Source: Blastocatellia bacterium
GTDB taxonomy: Bacteria; Acidobacteriota; Blastocatellia; UBA7656
Assembly (NCBI GenBank): GCA_035248905.1
Contig: DATFGX010000006.1
Span: forward strand, 85,696-109,695
Length of the DNA: 24,000 nt
Direction of reading: 5' to 3'
In this document: positions 1 through 9,157 of the stretch, piece after piece
Numbering within the stretch: position 1 is the stretch's first letter
Layout: every line of letters begins with the position of its first letter
Translations under genes and position numbers: made by a program
The notes under the pieces: model-generated
Databases searched by the model: none
Seen by the model: only the letters and a program-made list of their open reading frames with translations
What the model was told of the DNA's origin: nothing

Positions 1-2
1 AC

Positions 3-1652
3 ACCATCCATGAAACCGGCAAAGACATATCGCTTTTCGCACTCGGCGACATCAACCAGCTCTTGCCGCCCGAACCCAGCCCATCCGACGAACTGGAAAG
101 GCTGGCGATCAGCGACACGGACGATGGCTTCACGGAAGCCGAAGACGCCAGCTTGATCGATGGCGCCGCTTTGCCTGCGGGGCTGGATGATGAGGAGCTT
201 GACCTGTCGCCGGGCCAGGCGGATCGGGCCTATGACCCCGTGCGGCTTTATATGCGCGAGATGGCTTCAGTGGCCCTGTTGACGCGTGAAGGCGAGATCA
301 CACTGGCGCGGCGCATCGAGCGCGGCAACCTGCGCGGCGTGCGCGCCGTTTCGCGTTCGCCGATCTGTGTCGAATACTTGCTCGAAATTGGCGAGCAGTT
401 GCGGCGCGGCAAGCTCGGCGTCCGCGAAGTCGCGGACTTCAGCGATCAGGATGGCGTCGACGAAGTGATGGTCGAAGCCTACCGCCTGCAAGCCCTGGCC
501 GACCTCGCGGTGATCAAGCGGAGCTACGCGAAAGCCACGCGACTCGCCGAGCGGCTGGCTGCCGAGCCGAAGCGTTCGACACGCCGGCGTAAGATTCATT
601 ACAACCTCTGCCGGGCGCGCGTCGAGCTGGGCCGAGGGATGCGGGCGCTCGACCTGACGCGCCATCAGCACACATACCTGGTCGGCTTGATCCGCCAGTC
701 GGTCGAAGCCGCGCGCCAAGCCAAACGTGATGTGGCGAAGGCGACCCAGCTTCTTGAAGCGCGGCGGCGCAATCAAGACGAGCGCGCCTTGAAGAAGAAT
801 TTGCGTGAGGCAAAACAGCGGTTCGCGGCGCTCGAAGCCCGGTGGCGCGTTAGCGTCAACGAAGTTGAGCGTTCGCTGTGGGCCATCGAGCGTGGCGAGT
901 TCGAAGCCAACGAAGCCAAGCGCGCATTAACCGAAGCCAACCTGCGGCTGGTCGTCTCCATCGCCAACAAATATTCGAACCGCGGCCTGCCGCTGCTCGA
1001 TCTGATTCAGGAAGGCAACATCGGCTTGCTGCGCGCCGTCGACAAGTTCGAGTGGCGGCACGGCTTCAAGTTCTCGACCTACGCGACGTGGTGGATTCGC
1101 CAGGCGATCACCCGCTCCATTGCCGACCAGGCGCGGACAATTCGCATTCCCGTTCATATGTTCGACACGATCACGCGGCTGACGCGGGCGACGCGGGCGC
1201 TGGTGCAGGAGCTGGGGCGCGAGCCGAGCTGCGAAGAGATCGCCGTGCGCATGGAATTGCCTGTCGACAAGGTGCGCACGATTCTGCGCATCGCCCAGCA
1301 GCCTGTGTCGCTTGAGACGCCGGTTGACGAAGAAGAGAATTCGCACCTCGGCGATTTCATCGAGGACAAGTCGAGCGTCAACCCTGCGGACGCCCTGATC
1401 GATCACAACCTGCGGCAAGCGACCGACGAAGCCTTGCGCATGCTGTCGCCGCGCGAAGAGAAAGTCATCAAGATGCGCTTCGGACTGTGCGCCAACGGCA
1501 ACGAGCACACGCTCGAAGAGGTCGGCCATCACTTCTCGATCACTCGCGAGCGCGTGCGCCAGATTGAAGCCAAGGCATTGCGCAAGCTGAGCCACGCGGC
1601 GCGCTCGCGCAAGCTGCGCTCGTTCGTTCCCGCCGCGCGTCTGTGCGGCTGA
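3..1652 (+). CDS. rpoD: RNA polymerase sigma-70 family factor, RpoD type (5' partial; frame open to the window edge)
   Basis: Region 1.2 ([23 protein letters not shown]), regions 2.1-2.4 ([74 protein letters not shown]) and region 4 ([15 protein letters not shown]...[28 protein letters not shown]) are all present. The frame stays open upstream of the TTG at 63 to nt 3 ([20 protein letters not shown]). Confidence 0.93.
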   Translation, partial: TIHETGKDISLFALGDINQLLPPEPSPSDELERLAISDTDDGFTEAEDASLIDGAALPAGLDDEELDLSPGQADRAYDPVRLYMREMASVALLTREGEITLARRIERGNLRGVRAVSRSPICVEYLLEIGEQLRRGKLGVREVADFSDQDGVDEVMVEAYRLQALADLAVIKRSYAKATRLAERLAAEPKRSTRRRKIHYNLCRARVELGRGMRALDLTRHQHTYLVGLIRQSVEAARQAKRDVAKATQLLEARRRNQDERALKKNLREAKQRFAALEARWRVSVNEVERSLWAIERGEFEANEAKRALTEANLRLVVSIANKYSNRGLPLLDLIQEGNIGLLRAVDKFEWRHGFKFSTYATWWIRQAITRSIADQARTIRIPVHMFDTITRLTRATRALVQELGREPSCEEIAVRMELPVDKVRTILRIAQQPVSLETPVDEEENSHLGDFIEDKSSVNPADALIDHNLRQATDEALRMLSPREEKVIKMRFGLCANGNEHTLEEVGHHFSITRERVRQIEAKALRKLSHAARSRKLRSFVPAARLCG

Positions 1653-1666
1653 TTTGACCGAACGTA

Positions 1667-1783
1667 TCAACTTTCTGTCGGCAGGCCGAGGCGCTTGAGC
1701 AAGTGCCTGAGCCTCGGCTCCTGCCGCAGGCCATCCATCCTTAGATCAACTCCGAGCCACACCAGCCTCAAGCTCACCAAGGC
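1667..1783 (-). pseudogene. Possible C-terminal remnant of a TPR/serine-threonine-kinase or adenylate-cyclase-like protein
   Basis: The minus-strand ORF tail ALVSLRLVWLGVDLRMDGLRQEPRLRHLLKRLGLPTES resembles the C-terminal signature '[27 protein letters not shown]' of large TPR-containing proteins. No upstream body is present in the neighbouring sequence. Confidence 0.4.
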
Positions 1784-1852
1784 CCGCATCGGGCGCTGCG
1801 ATTCGGGAAGAGCCGAATTCGTAGGCGCGTTTTGGCGGGCCGCGCATGGTCG

Positions 1853-1881
1853 CTTTAATAATTCTTTAATCACTTTTTAAT
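1853..1881 (+). promoter_or_regulatory. Three direct repeats at 11-bp spacing (CTTTAAT-N4-CTTTAAT-N4-TTTTAAT), candidate OmpR/PhoB-type operator
   Basis: Seen directly: CTTTAAT at 1853-1859, CTTTAAT at 1864-1870 and TTTTAAT at 1875-1881, upstream of the methyltransferase ORF. Confidence 0.35.
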
Positions 1882-1995
1882 CGCCCGTAAAGGACTTCGA
1901 CGACCCGTTCATAGTATCTTCCGCCAGGCGATGAGACGACTTGCAGCCGGTTCGCTCAGAACCGCGCAGCAGTCGCCAGATGAAAGGAGGATGTG

Positions 1996-3021
1996 ATGAG
2001 CACTACAAAGATTCGCCGGGCGCGAACGGACGAGCGACTATTCTGGGACTTGATCTTTGGCGGCCTGAATTATCATGCCGTGCTGGTCGCGCACCACCTC
2101 AAGCTCTTCGCGCTGATCGCCGCCGCGCCCGCGACGCTGACGGAGATTTGTGACTCGGCCAATCTACCGCGGCGACCGGCCAGGGCCATCCTGACGGCCT
2201 GTGTCGCGCTGGGGCTGCTCAAGGTCGAAGAGGAGCGCTACGCGCTCACAGAGGTCGCCGAAGATTACTTGATCGAAACCAGCCCCGCCTACTTCGGCAG
2301 CTTTCTCGACATGCTGATTGCCAACGACGCAGTGTTTTCTTTCGAGAGCATGAAGCGAGCCGTGCAGACGAACGCGCCCCAGGTGTATGGCGGCGAAGAG
2401 TTGTTCCAGTCCCACGAAGCGCAGGCGGCGCTCGCCCGCGCCTTCACGCTGGGGATGCACGGCCACAGCGCCGGCGCGGCGTTCGCCTGGCCTGAGATCA
2501 TCGATCTGTCCGCCCATCGAATGATGCTCGACATTGGCGGCGGCTCAGGCATCCACGCCATCGGCGCGATGTTGCGCTGGCCCGACCTGCAAGCCACAGT
2601 CATAGACATGCCGCCGGTCTGCGAAGTGGCCGAAGAATTCGCCGCGCGCTACCACCTGCAAGACCGCATGCGGACGGCTGCCGGCGATATGTGGGAAGAC
2701 CCGCTCCCGGCGGCGGACGCTCATTTTTACGCGGACATCTTTCACGACTGGCCGCCGGAGAGATGCCGCTTTCTGACGAAGAAGAGTTTCGAGCAGCTTC
2801 CCGCAGGGGGGCGCATCATTCTTCACGAGATGCTGTATGACGACGCGAAGACGGGGCCGGCGCACACCGCAGCCTACAGCGTGGCCATGCTGTTGTGGAC
2901 TGAAGGACAGCAATACTCAGGTCGCGAGCTGCGGTCGCTGCTCGCCGAAGCCGGGTTCACCGACATTGAAGTCAAGCCGAGCTTCGGCTATTGGAGTATC
3001 GTCACGGGCGTGAAGCCATAA
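1996..3021 (+). CDS. SAM-dependent methyltransferase, O-methyltransferase family 2 / acetylserotonin O-methyltransferase-like
   Basis: N-terminal winged-helix dimerisation-like region (LTEICDSANLPRRPARAILTACVALGLLKVEEERYALTEVAEDYL), SAM motif LDIGGGSGIHAIGAMLRWPDLQATVIDMP, and the FHDWPPERC / GGRIILHEM motifs. Strong SD AAGGAGG lies just upstream of ATG 1996; a GTG at 1993 is the track start. Confidence 0.85.
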   Translation: MSTTKIRRARTDERLFWDLIFGGLNYHAVLVAHHLKLFALIAAAPATLTEICDSANLPRRPARAILTACVALGLLKVEEERYALTEVAEDYLIETSPAYFGSFLDMLIANDAVFSFESMKRAVQTNAPQVYGGEELFQSHEAQAALARAFTLGMHGHSAGAAFAWPEIIDLSAHRMMLDIGGGSGIHAIGAMLRWPDLQATVIDMPPVCEVAEEFAARYHLQDRMRTAAGDMWEDPLPAADAHFYADIFHDWPPERCRFLTKKSFEQLPAGGRIILHEMLYDDAKTGPAHTAAYSVAMLLWTEGQQYSGRELRSLLAEAGFTDIEVKPSFGYWSIVTGVKP

Positions 3022-3023
3022 AG

Positions 3024-3049
3024 TGTAGGGGCTTGCCCCTGCCCCTACA
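3024..3049. repeat. REP-like hairpin TGTAGGGGC-ttgcccct-GCCCCTACA between convergent genes
   Basis: Perfect 9-bp stem (3024-3032 / 3041-3049), 3 nt after the methyltransferase stop. Begins T-GTAG and ends CTAC-A, like the element at 22159-22259. Confidence 0.65.
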
Positions 3050-3077
3050 AACTCATCCCATCTACTTCTTATTTACC

Positions 3078-4049
3078 TTACTTTTCGTTGCGCGCGCGAA
3101 AGCTCAGGTTCTTCGTCGCCGACAGGAACATCAATCGCGAATAGCGCTCGAACTGGTCGCGGTTGTCGGTCGTCAGGCTCGACAGCGCGACGGGCCGATA
3201 GGTGATGCCTGTGCGTTTTAAGCCGCGCGCTTCGTTGTGCGTGCGCTCAGGCCAGGCGCGCGCCAGCAAGCGCCGCAGGCGCGCGAAATCTTCGTCAACG
3301 ACAGCTTGCGGCGCGGCCTTTTCGAGCGCGTGTAGCGCCGCATGAAAATTCAGCTCGGCGCGAAACGATAGCGGCGTCACCAGTCCCGAATAATCGAAGC
3401 CGTCGGCGCGCAAACGAAAGCTCGCTTCCAATGAGGTGCCGTAGACATCGAGCAAGACTTCATCGGAACGGAACTCCGCTGTCTCTAACACGCTTGCCGA
3501 CTGCGTGCGCATGCCGCGCAGCCCTTCCGAATAATCGACGCGGTTCTGGCGCAGCGAGCCGAGAACCATCGCACGAATGTTGCTTGCGGCCAGGGTCAAC
3601 GCGCCGCCGCTGTATTGCACGATGAGTTCGCCATCCTTGAGTTGAATGCGCCGGGCGCGGATCAATTCGCACTCGACGGCCAGCTCTTCGTCGGCGACGA
3701 TGAAAGCCGCCAGCCCGCAATCGTGCACCAGCCCGGCGATCATCTCGGCCTCTTGCCGCGTCTGCGACCGCGCGATGGGCAGGCGCTTGTTGGCCGCGAG
3801 CAGCTCGCCGGCTTCACTGAGTTCGAGCTTGAGCGCCGCCGCCAGCGCGGCGATGGCCGCTTCGTCAACCGCCGTGCGCGGCGGTTCGAGGATGGTGTTG
3901 AAGGCGAGTTCGGCGGCGTCCAGGTTGCGTTGCAGCGGCGCGCTGGTCAGCTTGCTGATCGGCAGCGTCTCGCCGCAATAGATGCAGGTGCCGCGCGCTG
4001 CCGCCGTGCGCCGCCGGCAACGTGGGCAGTTGGTCACGTCTTGATTCAA
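3078..4049 (-). CDS. Conserved hypothetical protein with N-terminal zinc ribbon
   Basis: 323-aa ORF with CPRCRRRTAAARGTCIYCG (two CxxC pairs) at the N terminus. The rest is not recognised. Confidence 0.72.
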   Translation of the reverse strand: MNQDVTNCPRCRRRTAAARGTCIYCGETLPISKLTSAPLQRNLDAAELAFNTILEPPRTAVDEAAIAALAAALKLELSEAGELLAANKRLPIARSQTRQEAEMIAGLVHDCGLAAFIVADEELAVECELIRARRIQLKDGELIVQYSGGALTLAASNIRAMVLGSLRQNRVDYSEGLRGMRTQSASVLETAEFRSDEVLLDVYGTSLEASFRLRADGFDYSGLVTPLSFRAELNFHAALHALEKAAPQAVVDEDFARLRRLLARAWPERTHNEARGLKRTGITYRPVALSSLTTDNRDQFERYSRLMFLSATKNLSFRARNEK

Positions 4050-4092
4050 GGTTGTCTCGCTTTCACCTTCAGGAGTCGGTGGGGCTGCGGCG

Positions 4093-4101
4093 ATTATACC
4101 A
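4093..4101 (-). promoter_or_regulatory. Candidate extended -10 element (TGGTATAAT) for the zinc-ribbon gene
   Basis: Reverse complement of 4093-4101 is TGGTATAAT, a perfect TGnTATAAT, about 45 nt upstream of the minus-strand start at 4049. No convincing -35. Confidence 0.4.
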
Positions 4102-4124
4102 CAGCCGTGCTAAGATTCGCTTGA

Positions 4125-5900
4125 ATGAATCTGCGCGATTGGCTCACTCGAAAGAACCTCATCATCGCAGCCGTCGTCTTTGCGTTGCTTGTCGCGACCG
4201 CTTGCTACTTCGCTTTGCGCAGGCCGCAGCCCGTCGCAATGGAGCGTTACGTTGCCGCCTCGTCGCTCGCTTATCTTGAAGTCAACAACCTCGCCGATGT
4301 CGTTGATGGCTTGACCAACACGCAGGCGTGGCGCGAGCTGGGGCCGGCGCTGGGGCTGTCGAGCCAGCTCCGACAGATCGGCTTGATGGCCGACCTCGTC
4401 GGGCGCACGGGGCTTGGCCCCGAAGAAGCGGTGCTCGCGGGCCGCGCCCAGTTGGCGCTGGCGCTCACGGACGTTGAAGCGCAGACCGGCCAGACCGACG
4501 AAGGCCCTTACCTGCATTTCAAGCCGCGCCTGGCGCTCGTTATCGAAACCCATGCGCGACCGGCGACCGCCGCTCGCCTCGTTGGTGAGCGCGCGATTAT
4601 CGTCGCGCAAAGAATCTATGGCATGGGCGTTGACCAGGAAGAGCAAGCGTATCAGGGCACGCGGCTACTCGTCTTTCGTGGCGCGAACCCCGACCGCCCG
4701 CTGGTCGCGGCGGCGATTGGTTCGGTGATCGTGTTGACCAATCACCTCGACGCCATGAAGACGACGCTCGACACGATAGCCGGGCGGGCGCCGTCGCTCG
4801 CCGAAGATGCGACGCTCGCACGGCTCAAGCCCGACGTTGCCACGGGCGCCGCGGTCAACGCCTTTATCACCGAGACCGGCATCAATAAATTGATCGCCCT
4901 CGTGCCGCCGCTGGCCGCCAGCCGCTACGCCGCAGAGCCTGAGACGGTCGCTTCATTCACCAGCCTGCTTGAGCACATGGCCAGCCAAGCGGTTGCCGGC
5001 CTGCTCTACAGCGCCGAGTTCAAAGACGGCGGCGTCGTTGATCGTTACCTCACGGCGCTGAAGCCGGGCATCGGTGAAGCCCTGGCCGAAGCCCTGAAAC
5101 CGGCTCAGGCAGCCGGATTCAAGTCGCCGCAATTGATCCCGCGCGGGGCCGAAGAGCTGACGCTCTTGAACATCGAGCGCGCCGGCGAATTGCCAGAGCG
5201 CGCTTTGAAGCAGCTTGCGCCGCACGTTGACCTGGTCGCCGGCCTGGCGCTGCGCGAGTTCGTCATCAACCTGCGCAAGCAGTACGGCATCGAAGGCGGC
5301 GAGTCGATCGGCGATGCCGTCGGTCATGAAATCGCCCTGGTCAACCTGGGCGACGGCGGCTCGCAGGCCATGCTCATCAGTGTCAAAGACAAAGACCGGC
5401 TTGCGCCGTTCATCGCGCGTTACCTGTCGCGCGGCGACGCCAAGGTCACGACCGAAAACGTCGGCGGCACAGAGCTGCGGGTGTCGTCGAATGAAGATAA
5501 TCGGGCCGCCGCTTTCATCGGCAGCTTTCTCGTCCTGGCGACGCGGCAACAGATCAATCAGATGATGGAGGCGCAAGCCGCCGGCGGCGTGATCGCAGCG
5601 GATGAAAGATTACAAACGGCAATCGGGCAGCGACCGCCGGGCGCAGGCGTCGTGTCGTTGAAGCCTGCGGACCGGCGTGCCGGCGAATTGTTGCTCGTGG
5701 TCTCAAAGCTGACACGCGTGACCGACGGCTCGCGCGAGCTGCTGGAGCAGGAGCGCGTGCGCCAGGTCTTGGACAGCCTGCCGCCGACTGTCGGTTTCAC
5801 GGAGTTCCGCGCTTATGGAATCTACAGCGAAACGCATTCGGCCATCGGCAACTTCGGCCTGCTGGCTGCGCTCGCCGGCGGCGCGGAACCCGAGAAGTGA
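4125..5900 (+). CDS. Membrane-anchored hypothetical protein, DUF3352-like
   Basis: 591-aa ORF with N-terminal TM/signal segment (KNLIIAAVVFALLVATACYFAL) followed by a SSLAYLEVNNLADVVDGL start and repeated 'L/I-V-LTN...' beta-strand blocks typical of DUF3352-like architecture. Family call is from pattern only. Confidence 0.6.
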   Translation: MNLRDWLTRKNLIIAAVVFALLVATACYFALRRPQPVAMERYVAASSLAYLEVNNLADVVDGLTNTQAWRELGPALGLSSQLRQIGLMADLVGRTGLGPEEAVLAGRAQLALALTDVEAQTGQTDEGPYLHFKPRLALVIETHARPATAARLVGERAIIVAQRIYGMGVDQEEQAYQGTRLLVFRGANPDRPLVAAAIGSVIVLTNHLDAMKTTLDTIAGRAPSLAEDATLARLKPDVATGAAVNAFITETGINKLIALVPPLAASRYAAEPETVASFTSLLEHMASQAVAGLLYSAEFKDGGVVDRYLTALKPGIGEALAEALKPAQAAGFKSPQLIPRGAEELTLLNIERAGELPERALKQLAPHVDLVAGLALREFVINLRKQYGIEGGESIGDAVGHEIALVNLGDGGSQAMLISVKDKDRLAPFIARYLSRGDAKVTTENVGGTELRVSSNEDNRAAAFIGSFLVLATRQQINQMMEAQAAGGVIAADERLQTAIGQRPPGAGVVSLKPADRRAGELLLVVSKLTRVTDGSRELLEQERVRQVLDSLPPTVGFTEFRAYGIYSETHSAIGNFGLLAALAGGAEPEK

Positions 5901-6001
5901 GCGAGCGTGATAGCCGCGATGCACATCCGTAGTAGCCACATTGTCGGGTGCATTGTGTGGGGCTAACGTTGACAAGCAGGAATGCTTCGACGGACGAGCC
6001 G

Positions 6002-6787
6002 CTACTGCCGGCGGCCTTCGGCTTTGACAGTCTCGGTGGGAATGCCTGTGGCGGATTTGCGGCGGCGGCGGCGCAGGATGCGCACGCGGCGGCGCTCGCG
6101 CACTTCGATGCGGTCGCGCACCTTGCCATAGAACTTGGTGAAGTAGTCCACCATTGACCAGAGCGCGAAAAAGACGACGACCCACAACATCGCACGGCCC
6201 GCGCCGTAACAGAGGACGCGGAAGTCATCAAGCGTCATCGCCCGATTGCTGATAACCGCGCCGAGCGTGCGCGCCGATTCGGCGAACGACGCGAAGGCAA
6301 TTTCGGGCTGCACGTGTGGCGGCGGCTGCAAGCCCGATGGGCCGCCCGGCACGCTGCCGCTGATCAGCAAGGTGATGGCGATTACCTGCGTCAACATCTT
6401 GAACTTGCCTTTCATCGAGGCGCTGATCGTAAAGCCTTCAGCCGAGGCAATCGAGCGCAGGCCGGTGACGGCGAATTCGCGACCGATGATGATGACGATG
6501 GCCCAGGCCGGGGCGATGCGGTTTTCGACCAGCGAGATCAGCGCCGCCGAGATCAGCAGCTTGTCGGCGATGGGGTCGAGCAGGATGCCGAGGGTTGAGA
6601 CCTGGCCGCGCTTGCGCGCCAGGTAGCCGTCGAGCCAGTCGGTAATCGACGCGCCGATGAACAGCAACAGGCCGAAGAACTGTTGCGGCACGTCGAACCA
6701 GTCGCTGGGGAACTTCGTCAGCAGGACGACGACCAGCAGCGGAACGATGAAGATTCTGGAGAGCGTGAGCGCGTTCGGCAGATTCAA
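6002..6787 (-). CDS. pgsA: CDP-diacylglycerol--glycerol-3-phosphate 3-phosphatidyltransferase
   Basis: CDP-alcohol phosphatidyltransferase signature DGYLARKRGQVSTLGILLDPIADK, N-terminal MNLPNALTLSRIFIVPLLV and later IIIGREFAVTGLRSIAS. Confidence 0.93.
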   Translation of the reverse strand: MNLPNALTLSRIFIVPLLVVVLLTKFPSDWFDVPQQFFGLLLFIGASITDWLDGYLARKRGQVSTLGILLDPIADKLLISAALISLVENRIAPAWAIVIIIGREFAVTGLRSIASAEGFTISASMKGKFKMLTQVIAITLLISGSVPGGPSGLQPPPHVQPEIAFASFAESARTLGAVISNRAMTLDDFRVLCYGAGRAMLWVVVFFALWSMVDYFTKFYGKVRDRIEVRERRRVRILRRRRRKSATGIPTETVKAEGRRQ

Positions 6788-7067
6788 GCGACTATTCCTG
6801 AGCCGGTTTCGCGGGCACGAAAACCAACTGCGTTGTGATCAAAATGAGCGCGAGCCGCACACCTTTTGTTGGCAAGTTGACTATATTGGCGGCCGACGAT
6901 GGTTGTCAAGAACCGACCGCCGTTAGTCGTTAGCCGTTTTTCAATTTGCCGCATCTAAGGCATCGTCAAGCAGGTGGGGGCAAATTTAATCTAGCGTCAC
7001 GCCGGCAGCCTGTGCGACACTGCGCAGTCTGCGTTTATCATTCTCTGAGTTTTCAAACGGGTCTTCG

Positions 7068-9071
7068 ATGCTGAACTGGAGCAAGCGTCTATTCAACCGG
7101 CGCGGCGCATTCATCGCCGCGGGCGTTGCGATTCTCCTCGTGCTCGCGGGGTTGTTGATTTACCTGCTCAGGCTGAATCGCCACCTCAGCGCCGAGCAGG
7201 AAGCCGAGGCCGCTGCCCACAACGTCAGCGTCGAAGAGACGCGGTTGCGCGCGCCGGCGATGGACGGCGTCACGCTCTATTTGAATGCCGCCGACGCGCG
7301 AGCGACTGCCTTGTTTGCCGGCACGCGCTACCTGGCGACTTCGGGCGGGCTGGTGGCGCTCGATGAAGGCGGGGCGGTCAAACGCCGCTTTACCACCGCG
7401 GATGGCTTGAGCGACAACGACCTGACGGCGCTCGCGGTCTTTCGTGATCGGCTCTTCATCGGCACGGCGAGTAGCGGCTTGATGGCGTTTGATGGCAACG
7501 GCTTCACCGGCTATCGCTTCGTCAAGCCGAAGGCGACGCGGGTAAGCGTGCTCACAGCGACCGAAAGCGAGTTGTTGATCGGCACGCTCGACGGCGGGCT
7601 GTTCGAGTTTAATGGAGATCGTTTCACGCGCCGCTTCAATTCGGCTCTGGGAGCCGATTTCACGCGCGTGACCGGGTTGCTGCCGCTGGCTTCAAGGCTC
7701 TACATCGGCACGCAGGACGGCGGGCTTTACATCTGGCGCGAAGGTCACATCGAACACCTGACGACAAACGAAGGCATGCCGTCGCCCCGCGTCACAGGGC
7801 TTGCCGTGTTGCCTGCGCGCGAGGCGCAGTACGGCGCGCTCGCGGTCGCAACCGACTTCGGCGTCATCGGCCTGAGCGACGCGGGCGAAGTCAAACCCAT
7901 CACCGGTCGGCCAAACGTGACCTCGATTACGGTCATCGGCGAGCGGCTGTTTGCCGGCTTGTTCAGCGGCGGCGTCTTCGACGTGAGCGCCGAACGAACG
8001 CGCGCGAACACGGCTGAATCGCGCACCAGTCAGTCGGAAACGCCGGGCCTGCCGGCGGGCGTGCCGGCGGTGGTCTTTGCCGATGAAGGCGGTTTGTGGG
8101 CGCTGACGCGTGCCGGCGCTTTCGTGCGCGAGGCGAAGCCCGCCGGCCCCGCCTTTGATCCCGTGGCGGCGTCGCTTGTGAACGAGCGCGTCGTCACCGG
8201 CGATCACATCACCAGCGTCGCGCTCGACGGCGCGGGCCAGCTCTGGCTCGGCTACTTCGACCATGGCGCTGATGTGATTGCGCCGGAGACCGGCGAGCGC
8301 CTGGCGCACGTCGAAGACGACCGCGTCCGCGAAGTGAACTTCATTACTTTTGACCCGGCGTCGGGGCAGACGCTGATTGCCACGTCGCGCGGCCTGGTGC
8401 GCATCGATGGGCGGAGAGAGCAGAACGTCTTGACCCGTGAAAAGAATGGCTTGATCAACGACGCGATTGCGCACGTCTCGTTGATGCCGGCAAACGCGGG
8501 CGTCGCGGCTGCGACGGTGCTGGCGACGGCGGGCGGGCTGACAGAGATCGCCGGCGGGCGTGCGCGGTCGCTGACTTCGTTTCACGGCCTGGCGAGCAAT
8601 CATCTCTACACGTCGGCGGTCGCCGGCTCGCGGCTCTTTGTCGGCAGCCTCGCAGGGCTGATCGAGCTTGAAGGCTTGCGCGTCGTGCGGACGTACAAGA
8701 CATCGAACTCGCACCTCTCGCACGACTGGGTGACGGCGCTGGCGGAAGCCGACGGCACGCTTTACATCGGCACGAATGGCGGCGGCGTAGACGCCTTGCT
8801 GCCTACGGGCGAGTGGATCAGCTTTGCCAATGATCGTGACATTGGCAAATTCGAAGTCAATCAAAACGCCATGTATTTTGACGGCGAGCGCCTCTACGTC
8901 GGCACTGGCGATAAGGGCTTGTTGGTATATAATACGCGCGCGCGGAGTTGGAAGCGACTCAGCGCCGGCCTCCCGTCGCCAAGCGTGACGGCCATCACGA
9001 GCGACGACCGCTACGTTTATGTTGGCACAATGAACGGTCTCGCGCGCGTCGAGAAGCGCGTTATCGGATAG
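7068..9071 (+). CDS. Membrane-anchored beta-propeller protein (two-component-regulator-propeller-like repeats), no kinase domain
   Basis: TM segment AFIAAGVAILLVLAGLLIYLL near the N terminus, then many repeats of type LFIGTASSGLMAFDGNGF, LYIGTQDGGLYIWREGH, LYIGTNGGGVDALLPTG and VYVGTMNGLARVE. Confidence 0.75.
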   Translation: MLNWSKRLFNRRGAFIAAGVAILLVLAGLLIYLLRLNRHLSAEQEAEAAAHNVSVEETRLRAPAMDGVTLYLNAADARATALFAGTRYLATSGGLVALDEGGAVKRRFTTADGLSDNDLTALAVFRDRLFIGTASSGLMAFDGNGFTGYRFVKPKATRVSVLTATESELLIGTLDGGLFEFNGDRFTRRFNSALGADFTRVTGLLPLASRLYIGTQDGGLYIWREGHIEHLTTNEGMPSPRVTGLAVLPAREAQYGALAVATDFGVIGLSDAGEVKPITGRPNVTSITVIGERLFAGLFSGGVFDVSAERTRANTAESRTSQSETPGLPAGVPAVVFADEGGLWALTRAGAFVREAKPAGPAFDPVAASLVNERVVTGDHITSVALDGAGQLWLGYFDHGADVIAPETGERLAHVEDDRVREVNFITFDPASGQTLIATSRGLVRIDGRREQNVLTREKNGLINDAIAHVSLMPANAGVAAATVLATAGGLTEIAGGRARSLTSFHGLASNHLYTSAVAGSRLFVGSLAGLIELEGLRVVRTYKTSNSHLSHDWVTALAEADGTLYIGTNGGGVDALLPTGEWISFANDRDIGKFEVNQNAMYFDGERLYVGTGDKGLLVYNTRARSWKRLSAGLPSPSVTAITSDDRYVYVGTMNGLARVEKRVIG

Positions 9072-9157
9072 CCGGAGAGCGCCGGCGCGCCAGCTCAAGC
9101 GGCCCGAATCGTTGCGGCGACACGAACGAATCACCACTTCCGTCTTCGTTATTCAGG

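Noticed and set aside
5929-5976. Possible further REP-like element (GTAGCCACATTG...CATTGTGTGGGGCTA)
   Set aside because: The stem requires a bulge of several nucleotides and the match to the other families is weak. Not supported without other copies.
6788-7067. Promoter search in the pgsA/propeller divergent gap (TTGACT...TATATT)
   Set aside because: The TATATT and TTGACT elements have wrong relative order or spacing for a sigma-70 promoter. No confident call.
7692-9137. 481-aa minus-strand ORF antisense to the propeller gene
   Set aside because: Typical shadow ORF of a high-GC coding strand. Its Arg/Ala/Gly/His-rich translation has no recognisable domain, while the plus strand has clear propeller repeats.
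8948-9157. 5' extension of the VIT-VWA ORF
   Set aside because: Overlaps the end of the propeller CDS in another frame and places an atypical charged stretch before the signal peptide. ATG 9158/9164 fits better.
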